From Leucoraja ocellata (lineage: Eukaryota), in contig JAWMAR010000788.1 in NCBI GenBank assembly GCA_036785375.1, forward strand, positions 1-64,000: a stretch of DNA of 64,000 bases. Direction: 5' to 3'. The notes under the pieces are model-generated. The model ran no database searches. It was not told the DNA's origin and saw only the letters and a program-made list of their open reading frames with translations. A program made the translations under genes and the position numbers. Of this stretch, positions 22,876 through 35,458 are shown piece after piece (the first letter of the stretch is position 1; each line of letters begins with the position of its first letter).

Positions 22876-25113
22876 ACTGGAGATCCTTTGAGGGATCTGG
22901 GGTTCCTTGGACCAAGATGAGTACAGTTAAGAGAGAAGGAAGAAAGCTCAGCAACCAGGAGATATTTTGGCAACTGACGGAAACTTTAGACAGGATTGAG
23001 GACATTATTTTTCACCTAAATTGCAGTGGGGGGATGGAACGCAGATTAGAGGGCAGTGGAGGCAGAAACCTTGGGCACATCTAAGAAGTATCTAGATTTT
23101 TAATTTTTTTTTTTTAAATCTAGATGAACACTGAAATTGCCGCTAACCTACCAAACTGTGGAAAGAGAGGTTAAATCAACATGGATATAAGAGACCAAAT
23201 AGACTCCTTTTGTAATGTAAATTCCTATGATCCATCATTCGTACCCTGCCAACTAAAACCCTACCAGTCTGATGCCACCTTAATTGTCCTCTAAATTGCT
23301 TCTATTTTGCTGGGAGTCAGTGCGAACATGTTTTAAAATAGTAGCGTGAATGGATGATCAATGATCGGAGAGGACTTTGTGGACCTATTTCCATACCGTT
23401 GAATCAAAATGTTCTCATATTAATAGAATCGGAGACTCAAATTCATCAAGCATACATTTCAATGCTTTATATCACTGGAGGACATTGGTAGAATCAATTA
23501 GCAGTTGCGTAATTAATTATCAGTTCTGTTTCAAATCTCTTTCGGAGCTTAGATATTCCTGTGCCATCGATTTTGGTTGTTCCCTCAAAAATAACAACTT
23601 CAAGGACTGGGAACTGTTATAAGTCAGGCACTACAACCCCACACTGCACACCCATCCTCCCGACAATGATAACACCAGCGGTCAAGATAAGGTGAATCCC
23701 AATAGCATCGAGAGAGAAAGCAGGCCAGGGACTGAGATCTTTGTGCGTGGGCAACTAGATCTTCTTGTGACCAAGTTCAAGTTCAAGTTCACATTTATTG
23801 TCACATGCACCAATTGGTACCGTGGGATTTGGGTTACCATCCAGCCATATGAACAAATAAAGACACGACACACGATAGAATTTAACATAAACATCCCCAC
23901 ACAGCGGAATCAACGTTTCCCACGGTGGGGGAAGGCAACAAAGTTCAGTCATCCTCCTCTTCATTGTTCACCCGTGGTCGGGGCCTCCGGAGCCCTCCAC
24001 AGTCGCCGCTACGGGCAGCCCGATCCTCAGGGCCTCCGGCCGGGGTGATGGACCAGCACGTCAACCCCACCTCCCAGCCAGCAATTTCTGCCTTCACATC
24101 TGCTTTAGGTCAGCGGGGATTAAAAAATAACATCAGCGGCGACAAAGAACAACACAGCAAGAGGAGAGAAAGTGAAAGTGAGAGAGAAAATACAGGAAGT
24201 TTGGGAGAGAATGAGGGAAAGAAGAAGGAAGTCAAATGTGCATCCTGTGCCGTCTTTCACAAACGCAGAACAACTAGAACGCAAATAGGGTCACGACGAA
24301 TTTCTTCCGAATCAGAGGCTTGGAATTCCTATGAGCGACAAGTGTTGAATTGTCTTATGTACAGACAATATACGGAACCATGATATTCCCACTTGTGGAG
24401 GCATAACAGTCCTAATAAATGGAAGATGCAGATAATATACAGGAAATACTTTCAATAAATTAATAGCCAGGCTACTAGCGTGAAAAAAAACGCCTAAAAT
24501 CTTAGTCCAACCAAAGACAGTCCATGGAAATTTATAGTATAGGTCAGTGTTGTAAACTGGAAGACAGCGAATGTTTTGTCACCAATACAGTATATTCAAG
24601 AGTGAGATTTCTCGACGTTAAAAAAGACTTGAGGAACAAAATCGCCGTAATTTAATGGAGCATGTTTGAAGGGCTGAATGATTGACTCCTGCCTCTTTAT
24701 TTTCTTCTTTGCTCTATCTAATGCACTTGAGTCTGAACTGATTGCATCTATGTATAGTATGTCTGGTCTGCTTAGTATACAAAATAAGGCTTCTCACTTA
24801 CATCGATGCAAGTGACAATATTAAACCCAAACACAATGTTTAAGAAGGAATTGCAGATGCCGGAAAATTCGAAGGTAGACAAAAATGCTGGAAGAACTCA
24901 GTGGGTGATGCTAAACCTAAACACAAGGCAATTTTACCCATCAAAATTCTCCTAATCTAAATGGTCACTCTTTAATAATGTGACATTTTGTGAAGGAAAT
25001 ATTTCCATTTCCAAATATCCCTCTCTCCTTCCTCCTGTAGTACAGGCGACAATAGTGAACCTGAACCGTTATCACACCAATGGAAAATCTGCCATTATTT
25101 TCTTTTGCAATTA

Positions 25114-25613
25114 AAGTAACCCCTTGTAATAACGGACCTCGGAGGGGGACGAGGTGGGGAGGATGATGCCGTCTGTCCGTTATAACCGAGCAAGGGGGGG
25201 GATTAAATATTAACTAATTTATATTAGTGATATTATATATTTATATTAGTGATATTATATTATAATATTAATATAATATATTATATTATATTAATTTATA
25301 TTATCGATATTATTAACTCAAGGTCGAGAGGAAAGGAACATGGCTTTGCGGGGGGGGGGGGGGGGGGGGGTTTAAGCTAGGGGGAATTAATGGGCCTGGG
25401 AGCAACAGAACCCCCAGCCTCACACGCAATGCACCAGGGATGGGCCCTGTCCTCACACCCCCTTTATGCTGCTCTCTCCCTCCTCTCCAGTGACCAGTAG
25501 CTCCTGCCATGTGGTGGCAGCTCAGTGGAAGCGGGGTGGGGGGACAACGGGAGTCTCTGTCCACTATAACCAAAATCTGCTGTAGAGAGGTCCTTTATTG
25601 TGAGGGTTTACTG
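25114..25613. mobile_element. Tc1/mariner (Tigger/pogo-like) MITE with an internal AT-rich tract and poly-G
   Basis: TA flanks; degenerate 25-bp TIRs aagtaaccccttgtaataacggacc versus (reverse complement) cagtaaaccctcacaataaaggacc. Confidence 0.65.
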
Positions 25614-27530
25614 TATTTATCTCTAAGCTTTATGCAAACGGGGGGGGGGGGGGGGTGTGGGGGGGGGGGGGGAAGAATCACAGCGCTCGCAAAGTATGGG
25701 GTCAGTCATTCAATGGGAAGATAATAAATATTCTCTCTCTCTCTCTCTCTCTTTCTAAGGCTCAATTGTAAAGGCTCAATAATTAAATGTATTCAAGGCA
25801 GAGATTAATAACTTTTAAGGGAATTAGGGGATGGGGATTAGCACCAGAAAGTGTTGCTGAGGTGTTGAAGAGCCATGATATTATTGAGCGGAGGAGCAGG
25901 CATGAGGGGCTGAATGGCCTTTTCCTCCTTCTATTTCATGTTACATTCTTCTATGACTAAAGGAGATGCGATATAGCCAAGCATCCTCCCCTAATCGCGG
26001 CATCTGTGCACCACGACTGATAAAACAATTGGCCATTTATCCCGGTCGGGTTTACAACCTTCAGATGAAGTCGTCGAGCTCCTGTTTTTTGAAAAAGGCC
26101 TGGAGGCCAGTCAGAAGAGAGAGCGCTTTCTTCGTTTCCCTTTGCAACTAAAGATGGAAGTAACACGAGTAAAAGCCTTTTAAAACGTCCCCACAAAGTC
26201 GATCATTGTGAGCCGAACGTGGACAAAGACACCGACTATTTGCAGTCTTTTTGACTCAGGCCGCGGTCTGCAGTTCTGCGGAGAGACAAACAACCTCTTC
26301 AAACGCAGGTGGCTGCTCCAACCACAATGCAAAGCTGCACTCCTCATACACAATCCACCACAGAGAGGTTCCCCCAACAAAGAAAGAACTGCATTTCCAT
26401 AGCGCCTTTTGCACACCTGTTGACATCCCAAGGCTGGTGCAATGAAAACAAATTTCTTCACCAAAACAGTGAATATTGGGGGGGGGGGGAAAATGGCACA
26501 AAGTTCTGGAGTCACTAGCGGATCAGGCAGCATCTTTGGAGAGTGTGGCTAGATGATCTTTTAGGATGGGAGTTAGATTTAGCTCTTAGGGCTAAAGGAA
26601 TCGAGGGATATGGGGAAAGCCAGGAACGGGGTACTGATTTTAGATGATCAGCCATGATCATATTGAAAGGCGGCACTCGCTCGAAGGGGCCGAATGGCCT
26701 ACTCCTGCACCTATTTTTCCATGTTTACCATGGTATATGGACACACTGATCTGTTCTGTATTCATGCCTTCTATATTGTGTTGTGCTGAAACAAAGCAAG
26801 AATTTCATTGTCCTATCTGGGACACTTAACAATAAACTCTCTTGAATCTTGAATCTTCAGTCTGAAGGGTCTTTTTTCTATGGATGAGACCTAATTAGGT
26901 GACCACAAACAGACCAGAAGCAACAGAGAAGGCTCTCCAGATAGTCAAACAGCACTCAGCTCAGTGGACTGGATCTGACAATAGATGTTCCCACAACATA
27001 GTTCTGCTGGCATGTGATAATGCACAATAGCATTGTGGAGCATCTTGTGTCTTAGTGCAACACTGATTCTCCTTACTCAACTTTTGCATAAACATCCACA
27101 ATATGTTGATAGATGATGAGCCGAGATCCCCTTTTCTTTTTGCACGCAAGGCTTACGCAACATCAAAACATGATCTAATCATGAGTCAAAAAGCCAGCCA
27201 ACTTAACTGTTCAAATACCGTTTCTCGTGAGTTTTAAGTGACAATGAAAAGGATTTGGGTTTGAATTGTTTAAGAAAGAACTGCAGATGCTGGAAAAATC
27301 GGAGGTAGACAAAAATGCAGCGGGTGAGGCAGCATCTATGGAGCAAAGGAAAGGGTGCCGTTTCGGGTCGAGACCCTTCTTCAAACTTGTCAGATTCGCA
27401 CAGCACTTCACAGCCAATTAAATGTAGTCATTGACGAAAGTATTTGAGTAACTCAACAGGTCAGACAGTATCTGTGGAGGGAATGGACAGATGATGGTTT
27501 GGGTTGGGACCCTTCTTCAGATACTTGTGC

Positions 27531-27720
27531 CTCCAAGTTAAGTCACTGTCATAACATTGAACATTTCTGCGGCCAATCTGTGGACAACGAGCTCCCACAA
27601 TCATTGTGCTTAAGAGCAAGTAATCTGTTTTGTTAATGTTGCCCGAGGGATATTTGTTAAACTTGAAGAATAACTCGCTGCTTTTTTTAAAAAAAAGATT
27701 GCCTCAGGGATCTTTTAACC
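27531..27720 (-). mobile_element. Ancient Deu-domain SINE relic (SacSINE1/AmnSINE-like)
   Basis: Minus strand reads taaaagatccc..atccctc..aaaacagatta..ttgtgggagct..attggc..acagtgact, in the order I recall for the Deu core. Confidence 0.6.
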
Positions 27721-28759
27721 GTGGTAGACTTTAGATTTTAGAAATACAGCGCAGAAACAGGCCCTTTGGCCCACAGAATCCGTGCCGACCCTATACACTA
27801 ACCTATACACATACACACACAATTTTACAACTTACCGAAGCCAATTAACCTAGAACCTTGTATGTCTTTGGAGTGTGGTACGGAGCAATATTCTCTCAAT
27901 ATTCACTGTTATGCATTTAGTACAGCATAGCTCAATATTCACCCCAAAGTAATGAGACTGCCTTAATACACATGGTCTCTGCAGAAATATAAAACACTAC
28001 AGGTCTCTATTCCCTTTTCCATTATGAGTACCTATGCGACCTTATCTTCTCCCATCCTGCTTCACAATACTCCGTGCCATGATCATATTGAATGGCGGTG
28101 CAGGCTCGAAAGGCCGAATGGCCTACTCCTGCACCTAATTTCTATGTTTCTATGTGCCATGGTGTAATACAATGTTAAATTGAAGTTAAGAGATTTATGT
28201 AGACATAAGGAACTGCAATGTTGGTTTACACAAAAAAGTTACAAAGTGCTGGAGTAACTCAGTGGATCAGGCAACATCTCTGGGGAACATGGTTATTTCC
28301 AGTCAGGGCCATTCTTCAGACTGGTTTCAGAGGTTTATGCACCCTTCTGCTTCAGTAGAAGGCTTGTAAAGCCTTTTAAGTGTAGATTGGTGAATGGCAT
28401 TATAAATGAGATCACCTCATTTGTTTTGGGAAAAAAAAGCTAAGGTGTGCTGATTCCCTCTGGCGCTTGCTCTCATTAATCCTCACCGGGTTTACGCAAA
28501 GGTTTTCTTTCATCAAATAGTCTGGTTCTTCTGCCTTGTTGATCAGTCAGCGAGCAGCATTCACTCAGGTGACATGGAGACCAGTTAGTCCAGTTATAGA
28601 CCACCAAGCACCCAGCCCCCAGCTCCTCCCGCACCACACCCTGGGGCCCAGGACCCCCTGCTCACACCAACAACGTTCTGCCTCTTCAAAGCAGCTTTGC
28701 TATAGCAGTACGGTGCGTTAAAGAAATAAGATAAGTTATTTACAATGAAGGTCTGGAGA

Positions 28760-29262
28760 AGGTTCTCAATCCGAAATGTCACCTATCCATGTTCTCCAGA
28801 GAAGCTGCCTGCTCCGCTGAGTTACTCCAGCACTTTGTGTCTTCTTTTTTTAAACCAGCATCTGCAGTTCCATATGTGCAGGAAGGAACTGCAGATGTTG
28901 GTTTAAACCGAAGATTGACACAAAATGCTGGAGTAACTTCAGACTGGGCTTCAGACCCTTCCGAAGGGTCCCGACCCAAAACATCACCCAGAGATGCTGC
29001 CTGTCCTGCTGAATTACTCCAACACTTTGTGTGTATCTACAGTTCCTAATCGCTCTCAACACTTGCCAGGCTTTGTCCCACCCCCACCTCTGCTTTCCAG
29101 CATTCTTCCCACTACTGCATGCGGAGATATTAAGATGGTCTGAAGAAGGATCTCGACACCCATTCCTTCTCTCCAGAGATGCTGCCTGGCCCGCTGAGTT
29201 CCCCCGGCATTTGGTGTCTGTGTTCAGTTTAAAAAAGCATCTGCAGTTACTTGCTACACACA
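28760..29262. mobile_element. Compound array of Penelope-like pLTR fragments in alternating orientation
   Basis: At least four pLTR pieces, including a tail-to-tail junction at about 28870-28885. Confidence 0.75.
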
Positions 29263-29660
29263 CTGAGCCCTCAACCTTAGGCCTATGAGCAATATGGGAT
29301 CACAAAGATGAAATGAAAATAGGGTCACAATAAGAATTAATTTATTCTTTAGATTACTTTATTGTAACACTCAGAGAGATGCAGAACCGTAGCACTGTAG
29401 TGTGGTGGTGAAGCTGCTGGACAAGCAATCTTTGATCCAGAGACACGTTTAAAATGGGAAATTTAAGTAATGATATAACCTGGAATTGAAACACTTAAGT
29501 TAGCCTGACTAACGGAAGCCGTGAGATTGCTGCAAATAAACTGCTGTTTCACTGCTATTTGTCAAGGAAGGAACCGTCTTGTTCTGACTTAGTGTGGACC
29601 AGATGTGACTTCAGATAATGGGGTTGACTTTAAAATGCCTCCTTATTCAGGGATTGGTTA

Positions 29661-29969
29661 AGGGCCTGTCCCACTGTACAAGCTAATTCAAGAGCTCTCC
29701 CGAGTTAAAACAAAAAAATCAAACTCGTGGTAAGCACGTAGAATGTACGGAGCGGGTACATCGGAGCTCGGGACGTCTCTTAGCGGCTCGTAACGCTACC
29801 AGCAGGTACTCGGGAAACGCGGGAAGCTCGGGAAGAATTTTCAACATGTTGAAAAATGTCCACGAGAGCCACGAGTACCTACGAGTGGCTATTACCGTAA
29901 TTCTCCGAGTTCGAATCAGGGGAAACTCGGGAGAACTCTTGAATTAGCTCGTACAGTGGGACAGCCCCA
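29661..29969. mobile_element. PIF/Harbinger-type MITE (same family as 1584-1889) inserted in an old SINE-like repeat (about 29400-30025)
   Basis: TIR AGGGCCTGTCCCACTGTAC / GTACAGTGGGACAGCCCCA, TTA/TAA flanks, palindrome TTTTCAACATGTTGAAAA at 29838-29855. Confidence 0.85.
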
Positions 29970-30612
29970 TAACAAATGCAGATACCTCTCCACCGGTGAG
30001 CAATGCCCATCCCGTGAATCAATGTATCAAAGGGTAACTGATTTTCTTTCAGAATAACAGCGTTGATCAATGAAGTTTTTAGATGCTGTATATTTATGCG
30101 TTAAAGTCAATAATCAGATATTGAAATACATTCTGCGCACCATTTTAAGATGAGAAGAAATCTCAGTTAAAAAGCTTGAGGATTACTTGAGATAGGGTGG
30201 AAGAAGGTTTATGAGCAGCATGAACCATGGCATGGTACAAATAGCATGTTCCTGTGCTGAAAATTCAATGCATGTCTGTTCCACTATCCAGTCCAGGCCT
30301 TTGCATAGACTGACTCAACAGGTTGTTTCACGTACACAGAGATCACAGACTTGTTGTGTTCCCAAGCTTTACTCATGAGCTTAATACCATCCACCTGCCC
30401 GAGAAAATTCCAGCACAGATGGAATTTCACCTGCTCCACATACCTGTCAAGTTATCTGAATCGAAGATTCAAAACACAGTCAGGTTCAAGGCTTCTAATC
30501 AGAGGGAAACATCTCAAGCCCACCACATCTCTCCATAACACATATCTACAGTGCCAAACTTTCTGTGTTTGATCTTACCAACAGGTATTGTACTGCAACT
30601 TGCATTTCTCCT

Positions 30613-31167
30613 TCTTAGACATTTAGAGATAGTGTGGAAACAGGACCTTCTGGCAATAGAGTCCGCACCGACCAGTAATCACCCTATACAATAGTTCTAT
30701 CCTACACATTAAGAACGATTTACAATTTTACAGAAACTATTTACCATTAGGTACACTTTACCGTTAGGCATTAGGGACAATTTACCATTTGATCAAAGGC
30801 AATTATCCTACGACTTGTAAGTCTTTGGAGTGTGGGAGGAAACCCGAGAACATGGAGAAAACTCACGCAGGTCATGGGAAGAACATACAAACTCCGTAGA
30901 GGCAGCACCCGCAGTCAGGATCGAAACCAGATCCTGACCACCAATGCTGTCGAAATGGAGTTTGTACATTTTGTCCGTGACCTGCGTGGGTTTTCTCCGG
31001 GTGTCCCAGTTTCCTCCCACACTCCAAAGGCGTACAGGTCATGGTAAATTGTATACCATCTGGTACAATTGTGTAAATTGTCCCTAGTGTGTGTAGGACA
31101 GTGTTAGTGTGCGGGGATCGGTCTTGGCGGGTCTGTTTTCTCGCTGTATCTCGAAACTAAACTAAAA
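30613..31167. mobile_element. Fused inverted pair of headless HE1-type SINEs
   Basis: Minus copy 30613-30928 is joined directly to plus copy 30929-31167 at the B-box GATC region. Confidence 0.8.
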
Positions 31168-33699
31168 CATTTTCAATGCACTGAATATTGGCACTTATTC
31201 CCAAAGGACTGACCGCCTCCAGATTAACCCCCATTTCACACATTCCCAGAGCACAGCTGTCTTGGATTCGGACTGTCATGTGGCATTGAATATAGAGGAT
31301 TGCCTGTGGCATGTCAAAGAATCTGCACACACAATGAAGCTGACCCCCCCCCTCCCCCCTCCTTCCTAATATCCTTAACGGTCAACCATTTATAGATGTG
31401 CATCACAAAATCGCACGGGTGGCCCCATTCTTGGTCACGTGTGTGACCCAAAAAGATGAACAATTGTGCAATACGTCTCTTCTAATTGCGAAAGCATTAC
31501 AGGCATATTGTTTTGTACTGCATATTTGATTCATATTGTTTTTTTCGGTTGATCAAGTGAAATGTTTATACATTATGCTGACAATGTTTGTTAAGGGCAG
31601 GAGGTCAAATAAGATTGGCCACGTGTGTGACACCACACAGAAGCATTTTGCAAACTCTACGAATTTAAAAAAAGCTAGAAATGTTCATAACTTTAGCAGA
31701 CATGCATTATGGTTCTGCAGGCAGGAAAATAGCAATGAATAAGATTAACCACTTACAAGAACGTTTTAATGTATGGCACCATTTTGGCACCCTTACTCCA
31801 CAAAATAACAACCAGTTCATTTTGTGCAGCTTACAACAAGCTTGTTGATCATTAAATTCTCCAATTTTTGGTAACAACTCATCCCCCCCCCCCCCCCCCC
31901 CACACACACACTCACCCGACCTCCCTCATTCTTCCCTCCCTAGCCCTGCCTGGATGCATGCCCATTTTTCCCCACTACCCAGCCACTTCCTCTTTATTCC
32001 TTCCAGTTTCACAATTCACGCCTTCTCTCCTTATATTACAGCCTTTTGCATTCTTCTCATCTCTGGTTTTTGTCTATCCATCTGCCAATAACATCCCCTT
32101 CCCCCGCCCCACCTTCATTTGTATCCATCTATCACTCGCCAGCCCTTGTCCTGCCCCCACTCGTATCTCAGCTTTCTCCCCCCACCACCATAAATAGACT
32201 TCGACAAGGCACCTGAACCAAAACGTCGCCTGCCCATGTCTTCCAGAGATGCTGCCTAAGAGATAGCGCGGAAACAGGCACTTCAGCCCAACAAGTCCAC
32301 GCTGACCAGCGAACACCCCGTACACTAACACTATCCTAGTCACTCGAAACAATTTACTTTTTTTTAACCGAAGCAAATTACCTACAAACCTGTACTATCT
32401 TTCAATGTAGGCATTCAGTTCCTCGTGTCGGACTAGTTATTCCATCATCAATACTGATCAAAGACTTCTTTAAAATCTCGAATTGCCCAAGACAAGACAA
32501 AAGCATCAACTAATTCCTATCACTGACCAGACAAGAACAAGCTGTTTGTTAAAATATGTGCTTTGCTCCTGAAATCAGTGACAGCTCGGTGACCTAAACT
32601 TTGTTGACTTTGCAGCATTCCCTTGCCTCATGTTAGTCACTAGAGTGGAGATAAAGACGCTGATAACAGCCGGGAATAATCGCCATATGCATCTTACTGT
32701 GATAAACAGCCAAAAGGCTTGCATTGCAAATGTGCTCTCCAGAACGTTTCAAAATCCTCACATCAACTTGCATTCATGTGCTTTTGTTTTGATGTGTCCC
32801 AATGTCATTCAGCATGTATACCGACAGGTCCATCAACTCAAGTCTCCAGCCATTTATACCAATCATGCACAAATCCCATTATATTCTACCCACATTCCCT
32901 TCAACTGCTCCCAGCCCTCCACTCAATCATATTCTACCAGTCAACTGAACACTGAGAGCCATTTCCAGCGAGTGATTAACCTACCAACCCGCACGTCTTT
33001 GGGAGGTGAGAGGACACCGGAGCACCAGTGCAAATGGGAGAACATGCAAACTCCACACAGAAGCTGGACTGCATGTGCTGTGTGGCAGCAGCTCTATTAG
33101 ATGCACCACTGTGCCACTCTCTAGCATATTGAAACAGCAAGCATCATCATTGCACCCATGCAATGTCCATCCAGCAAAGTGAAAAACGTGCTTATTCTTG
33201 GAACTCCTAACCTCTGCTGTTCATCTCTGGGGTGGAACGGTGGTAGAGCTGCTGCCTCACAGCGCTAGCGACCCCGGTTCTAACCGGACTATGGGTACTG
33301 TCTGTACGCAGTTTGTATGTTCTCCCTGTGACCTGTGTGGGTTTTCTCCGGGTGCTCCGGTTTCCTCCCACATTCGTATTCGTGCCTACTATGTTCTGTG
33401 TGCTGAAGCAAAGCAAGAATTTCATTGTCCCATCAGGGACACATGACAATAAACTCTCTTGACTTGACTTGACTTCTTGACTGCAAAGACGCACCGGTTT
33501 GTAAGTTAATCGGCTTCGGTAAGAATTGCAAAAGCAGCCGCCCCCGGTTTTCCGCGAGTAAAATTCTATTTTCCGTGCTGCGGAACATTGTGGGGAAGTA
33601 CTTGTGGGCAGACGGGGCACAATACAACACACACCGATGAAATGCATATACAGGCATCCAAACATGTCTAATGGTCTCCGATTAAAACGGGCAACTTAC

Positions 33700-33781
33700 A
33701 GACACGACGCATCCCCGTGTAGGCTCCTGATACACTGCCCGCTGTTCTCACATGGACGGTGATTATCCTGGCACTGCAGAG
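33700..33781 (-). CDS. NOTCH3: Notch receptor, coding exon 2 (first EGF-like repeat, (A)LQCQDNHRPCENSGQCIRSLHGDASCL)
   Basis: 82-nt exon with polypyrimidine acceptor (gtgactcccctcgctcttccctccacag|) and perfect donor |gtaagt, phase 1 to phase 2. Four Cys with EGF spacing C-x6-C-x5-C-x9-C match the Notch exon-2 architecture. It lacks the NGTGYC motif I recall for NOTCH2 and ends ASCL, like NOTCH3 AACL. Confidence 0.88.
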
Positions 33782-35164
33782 CTGTGGAGGGAAGAGCGAG
33801 GGGAGTCACTGTATGTGCGTGAGCTTCAATATAACGAGCAAATGAACAGGCAAATAAACAGCGGCAACCCGAGTTTCAAGAACGTTTGAAGTATTATTCC
33901 TGCAGGAATGCAGGAGGCTTTGGCAAACTACCCATAGAAACATAGAAAATAGGTGCAGAGGTAGGCCATTTGGCCCTTCGATCCATTCAATATGATCATG
34001 GCCAATCATCCAAAATCAATACCCCTTTCCAGCTTTCTTCCCATATCCCTTGATTCCCTTAGCCCTCAGAGCTATATCTAACTTCCTCTTGACACAGCAA
34101 GATCCCACAAACATATGATTGTGACCAGATAATCTTACTTGTTTTAATTGCAGTTATTTGCAGTAAAAGGATGCAATTTTAGTTTATGGTTAAACCATTG
34201 GCTTGGAAACTGCACATAACTCACTTTCTCTTCACCCAACAGTGCTGTGGGGATCCACAGTGGAATGGAAAGACAGAAGTGGAATGGAATGAGATGGGGG
34301 GGGGGGGGGGGGAGAAGGGGGAAAGAGGAAAAGAAAGGGAGAGTACGAGGGAAGAGAAAAAGAGAAACAAGACAGAAAAAAGTTCACAATTGATTGAACT
34401 GACAATCCTAACCATGATAATGTTAAATGAACATTTCACTTTAAATATACAAGCTTCCCAGTTGTGATCTGCATCAGAAAGAGCTTCATCAGTAAATCTG
34501 TAGAAGGGTTTCAGCCCGAAACATTGCCTATTTCCTTCGCTCCATAGCTGCTGCCCCACCCGCTGAGTTTCTCCAGCATTTTTATCTACCTCAGTAAATC
34601 TAATTACTTTCATTTAAAACCCACGGGGAATGCATCTTGCTCTTGAGAAAACTTTGTAATACACACACACATGGAATCATTGAATTTTACAATGCAGAGA
34701 GGTCAATCACCGTGATGTGTTTGCACTGGCTCAGAACAGGGGGTCAAATTCGATCCCACGCTCCGACATCCCCCGCTTAACCCTGCAATTTATATGTACG
34801 CAATTGCTCTCTAAACATTCTTACAGAGTCTGCTTCCACTTTTTGGGTAGTGTGTTCCAGATGTCTGTGTGTGAAAAATATTTCCCTTCATTTCCTGTCT
34901 ATTCCTAAAGCTACTGGAAGATGCTGTGAAACATGCAACCACCTAGAAATGATGCAGCATAGGCATCGCGCGCAAATCACGCGTCACCATGCGCCAGCAC
35001 AGCTGTCTGGTACGTGTGATGTCATTAGAATGCCCTGCTTCCCTATTCTGCATCATGACAATCATGGAAGGACTACAGATTTTATTCGTACAGCAACAGA
35101 GACTTCTGTTAGCAGCAGCCCTCATTCTTACAGATCAGCCAGGCAGGAGTACAACAAGAAAAGC

Positions 35165-35458
35165 TAGCACGAAACCCAGGAAGAGGTCCGTGTGGACGAG
35201 GTTAGGAGTTACATGACACGTAAAAGGCGGGCCGACTGCGTATGCACGTCACATGTTTACGGACGTTGACGCACGGTGACGTAACCACGCGTCAGCACAC
35301 GATACAGCGCGACGCCAATGCGTCAGCGTGTGTAGCCAATGCGCGCCACTGCATGCGATTCCACGCCTCACCATGCGCAATGCGTACGTCACGCGTGGAC
35401 CTATTTTACATATGACGCGTAAATGAGATGCAAATGACGGCCAAGTGGGACAGGCCCT
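35165..35458. mobile_element. Partial PIF/Harbinger-type element (ACGCG-rich, right TIR only)
   Basis: Ends AAGTGGGACAGGCCCT, with CpG-rich short internal repeats and related sequence at about 34960-35025. Left TIR not found. Confidence 0.6.

Larger units (their letters stand above)
1..33699 (-). other. Notch intron 2 (partial, >33.6 kb)
   Basis: Begins at the GTAAGT donor (33694-33699). I found no Cys-rich EGF exon 3 by eye down to position 1. A large intron 2 is typical of Notch genes. Confidence 0.65.

Noticed and set aside
23925-24383. 152-aa plus ORF with a CxxC
   Set aside because: It starts within a LINE-tail repeat and continues in purine-rich low-complexity sequence, with no splice or domain support.
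25957-26533. Overlapping short ORFs as possible Notch exon 3
   Set aside because: No EGF cysteine spacing and no convincing splice sites on the minus strand.
35165-35458. CpG island or alternative promoter near exon 2
   Set aside because: The CpG richness is explained by a Harbinger-type element ending in the family TIR; the same applies to 1584-2419.
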